A stretch of DNA of 64,000 nucleotides from Candidatus Saccharimonadota bacterium (GTDB lineage Bacteria > Patescibacteriota > Saccharimonadia > Saccharimonadales > Saccharimonadaceae): positions 7,436 through 71,435 of the forward strand of contig JAFUCJ010000005.1 in assembly GCA_017459705.1 (NCBI GenBank), read 5' to 3'. Both the position numbers and the translations under genes were made by a program. The notes beneath the pieces are model-generated. The model had not been told where the DNA came from and ran no database searches. It saw only the letters and a list, made by a program, of their open reading frames with translations. Position 1 is the stretch's first letter. Every line of letters begins with the position of its first letter. This document shows positions 59,601-64,000 of this stretch, piece after piece.

Positions 59601-59826
59601 CGCTCGCGATCTTGTTCGCGCAATTCAATCTGCTCGCAAGAATGCCAAACTTATGATGGACGACCGCATTAAGCTGTCCCTCTCGGTTGCTCTCCCCGAA
59701 GGCTACGAAGATTACGTCCTCACCGAATCCCAGGCCGACTCGTTCGAGCTTGGCGCCAACTACGCCCACGACGAAATCGCCAAAGTAAACGGCGAAAACC
59801 TCACTATCTCACTGGAAAAATCGTAA
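56605..59826 (+). CDS. ileS: Isoleucine--tRNA ligase, with three in-frame GC-rich insertions
   Basis: Class I motifs PPFITGMPHHGT and KMSKSLGN. 1073 aa. TGATATAAT (hexamer 56593-98) lies 6 nt before the ATG, with no SD. Confidence 0.95.
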   Translation: MKYRAGERLRAIEYEKSLTEWWKKNKTFEKSIENRPIDKSYVFYDGPPFITGMPHHGTLLSSIVKDAVPRYWTMQGCRVERRWGWDCHGLPAENFVEKQLGITDRRDIGTKWSLEDYIIKARESMVANSELWRATIDRVGRWVDFDNCYRTMNKDFMESVWWAFKKLYEAGKIYEGRKVLMYDTKFATPVSKAEVTMDNDAYQTVTDPSAYVKFKRQDADEYFLAWTTTPWTLMANRALAVSPDMDYVKVKVGDEIYIVAKSRLEAVFGDAEYTLLSGRVTAAEGDPRRACEVGEDSSRQDPPYILKGSDLAGLKYKSIDGTICQVFTADFVGNEEGTGIVHIAPAYGEDDYDLYLKHAATDDKTMSGQVTAAEGEGVTRQDPPRISFVDTLDENGYYLPEYAAKLHALGVRDTDEHGIQIWAANKFIAKCLEEQRIIYKIEYIQHEYPFNPRSKERIMYRAFPSWFFDIEGQKPLMLAENENINWFPAYLKHGRFAKNIEAAPDWNLSRDRFWATAMPVWKGEKTGAIKVFGSYAELKEYSGKELDDYHRPWVDEIEFDAYVENGKVISKNALSATFETVSRNPHEDFEVSEPRDDGRERTGSKKLQEGISELDHFTRIEKVLDCWFESGSMPFAQLHYPFENKDKFERNYPADFIVEYVGQVRAWFYYVHTVNTALAEIGAFGEKAKRGHKNAYKNVITTGTLAGNDGRKMSKSLGNYTDPNVLMDTYSADALRFLLLSSPVLSGEDFALLDKDVSDVNRKLAMLWNVYDFFVTYAEIEGWDSENSWRPATKGLDSLKNPLDVWIISRLHQTKAKIINGMSEYNIPKALEDVLPFIDDLSNWFVRRSRRRFSKNDDQEDKNEAFWTLYTVLVKTAQVLAPFTPFLSEELYQKMTGSSESVHLLDYPQATEVDSEVLENMTRTRTIITDALALRMHKSDTEAQIKVRQPLSRLTYLGDKLDDFYERIIADEVNVKQVENGDSLTLDKTITPELAKEGYARDLVRAIQSARKNAKLMMDDRIKLSLSVALPEGYEDYVLTESQADSFELGANYAHDEIAKVNGENLTISLEKS
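57433..57513 (+). mobile_element. Family-B in-frame hairpin element, long form (81 nt)
   Basis: TCCGGGCGGGTGACGGCTGC...GGGGGACCCCC...GCAGCCGGCAGGACCCGCCC with nested stems GGGCGGGT/ACCCGCCC and CGGCTGC/GCAGCCG. Encodes SGRVTAAEGDPRRACEVGEDSSRQDPP. Confidence 0.7.
57703..57756 (+). mobile_element. Family-B in-frame element, short form (54 nt)
   Basis: TCCGGGCAGGTGACGGCTGCGGAGGGGGAGGGCGTCACTCGGCAGGACCCGCCC. Encodes SGQVTAAEGEGVTRQDPP. Confidence 0.65.
58351..58419 (+). mobile_element. Family-A-related in-frame element (partial core) read in a different frame
   Basis: 10-bp hairpin CGAAATCCTC-AC-GAGGATTTCG, then CGAAGTGAGCGAGCCCCGTGACGACGGGCGCGAGCGA (about 90% identical to the right half of the valS core), then ACGGGGTCGAAA pairing back. 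Encodes ...VSEPRDDGRERTG. Confidence 0.6.
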
Positions 59827-59838
59827 TATTTGAGGATG

Positions 59839-60074
59839 GAGGCCTGGTAACCCATTTTTGGGGCATTAAATAGATTTGGGTCGTTGTAGTTTTTACAATG
59901 GCCCAGTCATGCGGGCGGAACTGCTGTATTATATAAGCAGTTCTTTTTTTCGTGTGCGTGGAATGATGTATTAATAGGAATATAGCCATTACCGGCTAGG
60001 GAGCCCGCATCTGACGGACCTTGTAAAAACCACAACTCTCCAAGTCCAGCTCCAAAAATGGGTTGCTAGGCCTC
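59839..60074. repeat. 236-bp imperfect inverted repeat (MITE-like or long RNA hairpin) enclosing the ileS terminator
   Basis: The left arm (59839-59916) and right arm (60003-60074) are complementary in blocks of 23 nt (2 mismatches) and 16 nt (1 mismatch) plus TGCGGGC/GCCCGCA. Confidence 0.7.
59918..59950 (+). terminator. Intrinsic terminator of ileS
   Basis: GAACTGC-loop-GCAGTTC followed by T7. Confidence 0.8.
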
Positions 60075-60114
60075 TGTTATTTTGACTTTTTGTGACTTTT
60101 TAGCATAAACACTA

Positions 60115-60143
60115 TTGACATTTTTGTTAATGTGTGCTATACT
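60115..60143 (+). promoter_or_regulatory. Consensus promoter TTGACA-17-TATACT (TGC-extended)
   Basis: TTGACA 60115-60120, TATACT 60138-60143. Followed by an A/C-rich leader. Confidence 0.65.
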
Positions 60144-60224
60144 CAAAATAAGTTAGAACACAAAACAAACATTCTAACAAACAAACAACAACACAAAAAC
60201 AACAAAAACACAAAAAGGAGCAAA

Positions 60225-60434
60225 ATGGCTACAACAAAAGAAATCATCAACTTTAAAACACAATTTGAAGATATTGATGAAAATGCCTGGCCAGCAAACA
60301 GAAAACAGAACAATGAGCCGCTATCCAGAGCGACCATAGAAAGGATAGAAGAGTTTCGCCTCCGGCAGTTCCGTAAACTGGGTAAAGCTGCTATCGGCAA
60401 ACTCGACATAGACAATATCAGGCTCGCAGCCTAA
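60225..60434 (+). CDS. Small hypothetical protein (69 aa)
   Basis: Start set to MATTKEIINFK with RBS AAGGAG. Confidence 0.6.
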   Translation: MATTKEIINFKTQFEDIDENAWPANRKQNNEPLSRATIERIEEFRLRQFRKLGKAAIGKLDIDNIRLAA

Positions 60435-60658
60435 ACAACCTAGAAAGAACTAAAAAGCAGTCTAAACAATAGACTAAAATAACAACTAACCATGCCATAA
60501 AATTACACCAAAACCAAAAAGAAAGTCAAAATAACATGAAAGGAATCATTTATAAGATAGACCCCCTCTACTTTAATTTAGTATATGAGGCCGCAACAAT
60601 GCTTCTATGCTTTGTCTAAAACGACCTCGCTCATATCAATACAGTTAGAAAGGCAAAG

Positions 60659-60685
60659 AACCGAACACTATGTTCGGTTTTTTGT
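60659..60685 (+). terminator. Intrinsic terminator
   Basis: AACCGAAC-ACTAT-GTTCGGTT followed by TTTT. Confidence 0.75.
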
Positions 60686-60741
60686 TATGTTGACTTCGCT
60701 AAAATCCTATGCTAAGATATTCCTAGAAAGGTCATCATATC

Positions 60742-61071
60742 ATGGAAAAACAAATACAGGCTGCGGACTATCAGCAGCTCGCGGAGTTTGTAGACGCACT
60801 GATTGCTCGCAAATTCCCGGAAAACACAGAGAATCACGCGGAGCTTCGTGAGGAGTCTATCGCGAAGTTGAGCGATCACATTAATCAGCGAATTTTTGAA
60901 CAGCTAAGCGAGGAACAAATCGTTCGCCTAGGCGACATCGCTGATGCTCACTCCGACGACCCCGCGGCATTTTCCAAGTTTTTCATGGATGCCGGCATTG
61001 ACCTAAGCCGCACCGTCAAGGATGCCATGATTGAGTTTGGTAACCAATTCCTGGGAGGCGACAATGAATAA
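60742..61071 (+). CDS. Small acidic helical hypothetical protein (109 aa)
   Basis: Promoter TTGACT-17-TAAGAT (60691-60719) and RBS GAAAGG. Overlaps the next gene by 8 nt (60742-61071 vs 61064-63166). Confidence 0.6.
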   Translation: MEKQIQAADYQQLAEFVDALIARKFPENTENHAELREESIAKLSDHINQRIFEQLSEEQIVRLGDIADAHSDDPAAFSKFFMDAGIDLSRTVKDAMIEFGNQFLGGDNE

Positions 61072-63166
61072 TTTTGAACGCCCCCACACCAACAACGATG
61101 ACCTATATACTTCTTACGAGGATGCTGTCGGCTATACCTTCGACGCTCCTGACACGCCCAGTACGCCAAATATAATTGACGAGTTAGACAATACCGCCGA
61201 GCTATCCGAGGAGGCCCGCGCGACGTACGGCGATCGTGGTGAGAAAACTCTCAAATCCACCATCGAGCGCCTGCCGAATAAGATAGGGGAAGCTATCAAT
61301 AAAATCAAAAAATCACCAGCTTTCCAGCGCGCACTCGCACTCGTCGCTACCGGCGTTGCCGTAGTTGCTCTTACTGGTTGCAACGGCGACAAGCAGGAAC
61401 CCGAGGCCTCTACCACTCCTACCGAGACCACTCAGGCCGTCGAACCAGAGGCTCCAAAATATAATCCGGAGAACCGCACCAATAAAACCGAATCCCTTAC
61501 TGGCTCCGAGTTTCTCGACGAACTCATCGACGGCAGTTTTGAGCAGTACTCCAACCCGGGCGGCCATGATCGTAGCTATGCGAAGGATCCATCCTTGGCG
61601 GCCAAGGGCATGCCAGACATCTTTTCCGCCGGGTCCGTTGCTAACGTCGGCGAAACCCTTACCATGATGATTAAAAACGGCCTTATCGCCGACCCATATA
61701 ACCCTACTCCTGAGGAATGGGGCGAAGCGTATAAATATATCGCGTTTAGCGAGAAAGAACCAGCCGCTTTTGTCGCGATTGCTACCGGTTTGCCAGGGTT
61801 CAAGGACCTCTCTTACCGTGACGCCTCGGCCAAGATTGCTGCGATGACCGACGACGAGAAAAAAGATTTCCAGGACATGCTGCATCGCATTTTCGACCGC
61901 GCCACTTTTGAAAAAGGCACCGTCAGCGGCAATGTGAAGAACTATTATATCGTCGACCAGGGCAATGGCGACAAGATTGGTGAATCCAGCGATACTTATC
62001 TCTCTGAGGAAACCAGCACTTTGATTATGCATGTCTCTGACAAGGATCTCTACGACGACGATACCTATATGGTCACCAGCGACGGCCGTGTCGTGCTTGC
62101 CTCGGAATATGCTAATCCGACCGGCACCACTACGACGATAAGCGCACTCTTGCGTTGCTTCAACAACGACGTGGTCGTCACCTACACGAATAACACCACT
62201 GGCGAATCTGACAAAGTCACCATCAACGACAACACTCCTCCATCCGATGAAATCCCGACCAGCAACATCACTGATGATGAGGGTAATTCCGGCGATCATC
62301 AAGACGACAATGGGGGTCAAGGCTATGGCGGTGGTGGCCCTGCCAGTTCAGAAGATAATGGTTACGGTGGTGGCGGCCCTGCTAATCCAGACCCAACCCC
62401 AGACAACGACGGCTATGGTGGCGGTGGCCCCGCCAATCCGGATCCGACCCCAGAGCCGACTCCGGAACCCACCCCTGAGCCAACTCCGGAGCCTACTCCC
62501 ATTCCAACTCCAACCCCAACGCCGACACCCACACCTACGCCTACACCTACCCCCACGCCAGCACCGACCAATCAGCCCAAGAACGAACGAGCCGAAAGAG
62601 AGAACGCTGGTGGCGCAGGCGTTACCGAGCAGCCTATCAACAACAACGTAACACCAGTCACACCTGTTTCGGCGGACCGCGATAACGCCGATAGGACTCG
62701 TCGCGCCGAGGAAGATCGTCGCCAACAGGAAGAAGCCGATGCCCGTCGTCGCGCCGAAGAGCAGGCTGCGGCCGAGCGCAGAGCCGCCGAAGAAGCTGCC
62801 GCCCGTCGTCGTGCCGAGGAACAGGCCGAGGCCGAGCGTCAGGCTGCCGCTCGCCGCGCCGCCGAACAAGCCGCCTCCGAAGCCGAACGCCAACGTCTCG
62901 AAGAGCAAGAACGCCAGCGTCAGGCCGCCGAAGCCGAAGCTCGTCGTCTAGCTGATGAAGCCGCCGCTCGTGCCGAAGCTGAAGCACGTGCTCGCCAAGA
63001 AGAAGCCGCTGCTGCTGAGCGGCAACGCGCTGAGGAGCAGGCCGCCCGCGAACGCGCCCAGGCCGAGGCCGATGCCGCCGCCGCGGCGGCTGCTGCCGAA
63101 GCTGCGAGCCACGTCGATGACACCGCCGGCGAACGTGCCAATATATTTAATAGTGGCGACTTCTAG
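61064..63166 (+). CDS. Probable surface lipoprotein with low-complexity regions (GYGGGGPA repeats, PT/PE repeats, Ala/Glu/Arg-rich coiled coil)
   Basis: Start set to MNNFERPH. Lipobox-like ...VVALTGCNG. (PEPT)n/(PT)n tract and a long AEE(Q/R)AAA region. Confidence 0.7.
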   Translation: MNNFERPHTNNDDLYTSYEDAVGYTFDAPDTPSTPNIIDELDNTAELSEEARATYGDRGEKTLKSTIERLPNKIGEAINKIKKSPAFQRALALVATGVAVVALTGCNGDKQEPEASTTPTETTQAVEPEAPKYNPENRTNKTESLTGSEFLDELIDGSFEQYSNPGGHDRSYAKDPSLAAKGMPDIFSAGSVANVGETLTMMIKNGLIADPYNPTPEEWGEAYKYIAFSEKEPAAFVAIATGLPGFKDLSYRDASAKIAAMTDDEKKDFQDMLHRIFDRATFEKGTVSGNVKNYYIVDQGNGDKIGESSDTYLSEETSTLIMHVSDKDLYDDDTYMVTSDGRVVLASEYANPTGTTTTISALLRCFNNDVVVTYTNNTTGESDKVTINDNTPPSDEIPTSNITDDEGNSGDHQDDNGGQGYGGGGPASSEDNGYGGGGPANPDPTPDNDGYGGGGPANPDPTPEPTPEPTPEPTPEPTPIPTPTPTPTPTPTPTPTPTPAPTNQPKNERAERENAGGAGVTEQPINNNVTPVTPVSADRDNADRTRRAEEDRRQQEEADARRRAEEQAAAERRAAEEAAARRRAEEQAEAERQAAARRAAEQAASEAERQRLEEQERQRQAAEAEARRLADEAAARAEAEARARQEEAAAAERQRAEEQAARERAQAEADAAAAAAAAEAASHVDDTAGERANIFNSGDF

Positions 63167-63195
63167 AATCAAACATTACAACAAAGGAAAAGGAA

Positions 63196-64000
63196 ATGAG
63201 CAAACTATCCACTCTACTTACCAAAACCGTTAAACCGCTATCCGCACTTGCCTTAACCGCAACCCTAATCGCCATTTTCGGCATTTCCTCGGGGCAATTT
63301 ACGAAGCAGGCTAGTGCCTGGGGTCCCGCTGATCGCCCCACTTACACCAATGCGAAGCCAGCTAGTTTTGCCACTTTCAATTCCATCACCGACAACGTGG
63401 CGGTTGGCGATGAGCGCAACTTCGTCCGTGTCCGCGAGGCCGGCACCAACAATGAATTTGTCGACGAGCTCGAGGTTGTTCCCGGCAAAGAGTACGAAGT
63501 CTATATCTACTACCACAACGACGCCGCGAGCAACACGAATTCCACCGGCTACGGGATTGCCACTGACACTCGTGTCTCCTCTGGCTACCCCACCACCATC
63601 AATCCGGGCGAACGGGGCATGGTCAGCGGCATCATCTATTGGAGTTACGTCATGCCCGGCGATGGCGACCGCCCGCGCGACGGCAAAGTCTGGGACGAGG
63701 CCTATTTCACAACCAAATCTCCCAATACGGTCCTGACTTACAAGACCGGCACCGCCACCATTCACAATGCCGGCGCCATGAACGGCTCAGTTCTCAGCAC
63801 GGCACTCTTTTCCGCAGACGGCACCTATATCGGGTTCAATAAATTAACCGGCGTGATACCGGGTTGCGCCGAGTACTCCGGATATATCACCTATACCCTG
63901 ATTGCCGAGTCCACTACCTCCGAGCTCACCAAGGAAGTTTCCGCCGACGGCGAAAATTGGAGCAACAGCGTCACTGTCAATGCCGGCGATTATGTCACTT
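63196..64000 (+). CDS. Secreted protein, 3'-partial (runs off the window)
   Basis: RBS AAAGGAAAAGGAA before the ATG at 63196. Signal peptide ...IAIFGISSGQFTKQASAWGP. The frame is open to nt 64000. Not in the ORF track because it has no stop. Confidence 0.7.
   Translation, partial: MSKLSTLLTKTVKPLSALALTATLIAIFGISSGQFTKQASAWGPADRPTYTNAKPASFATFNSITDNVAVGDERNFVRVREAGTNNEFVDELEVVPGKEYEVYIYYHNDAASNTNSTGYGIATDTRVSSGYPTTINPGERGMVSGIIYWSYVMPGDGDRPRDGKVWDEAYFTTKSPNTVLTYKTGTATIHNAGAMNGSVLSTALFSADGTYIGFNKLTGVIPGCAEYSGYITYTLIAESTTSELTKEVSADGENWSNSVTVNAGDYVT

Noticed and set aside
61313-62320. 335-aa minus-strand ORF (the same applies to 62348-62908, 62658-62987, 62920-63141)
   Set aside because: It is antisense to the lipoprotein gene in a GC-rich repetitive region. 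The translations are low-complexity, consistent with shadow ORFs.

Overview
This 64-kb chromosomal window begins in the replication-origin region: dnaA 3' end, an oriC-like spacer, dnaN and recF. The gene content fits a small-genome, Gram-positive-type bacterium: many apparently leaderless genes, QueH, FemAB, SipW/TasA-like proteins and very little biosynthesis. A Saccharibacteria/CPR-like episymbiont is possible, but that is only a guess.

Main blocks:
- 0-10 kb: dnaN/recF, an RNA methyltransferase, tRNA-Ser(GGA), a MacB-type ABC pair and a MurE-like ligase.
- 10-13 kb: a structured small-ORF locus, a degenerate Mur-ligase paralog, a RhuM-Doc fusion and a CofE-like protein.
- 13.3-25.3 kb: a minus-strand cps/eps-type polysaccharide locus. 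It encodes a CpsB phosphatase, a Wzz-BY-kinase, an LCP protein, Wzx, Wzy, glycosyltransferases, a TagF-GT4 fusion and a priming sugar transferase. It also holds a ugd remnant, a lower-G+C central cassette and an embedded Fic/VbhA-like module.
- 27.3-33.4 kb: a secreted-protein operon behind a (TA)n promoter, then a repeat-bracketed AlbA_2/HATPase gene and a HerA/FtsK-like ATPase beside tRNA-Ser(CGA) and tRNA-Arg.
- 33.4-51.4 kb: housekeeping genes (PAP2, HIT, valS, FemAB, P-type ATPase, adk-like, tsaD, rlmH) mixed with GC-rich hypothetical genes and a short, divergent adenylosuccinate-synthetase-like gene.
- 51.5-54.9 kb: a SipW/TasA-like surface-fibre cluster.
- 55-64 kb: a candidate sRNA, an NYN-domain gene, tRNA-Gln, ileS and surface or lipoprotein genes.

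The most unusual signal is a set of GC-rich, hairpin-forming, stop-free insertions inside essential genes. There are three in valS, three in ileS and one composite in the FemAB-family gene. They fall into two sequence families. The same nucleotide module is read in different frames in different hosts. The closing arms differ in sequence between copies but stay complementary within each copy. This resembles in-frame palindromic elements such as those of Rickettsia, and suggests selection on nucleic-acid structure.

Other notable items:
- a perfect -35/-10 pair separated only by a (TA)7 tract
- pervasive extended -10 boxes 6-7 nt before ATG, implying leaderless mRNAs
- two structured small-ORF loci that resemble type I toxins
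- duplicated tRNA-Ser 3' ends
- a 236-bp imperfect inverted repeat around the ileS terminator

All calls come from reading the sequence and the supplied ORF translations. No database search was run.
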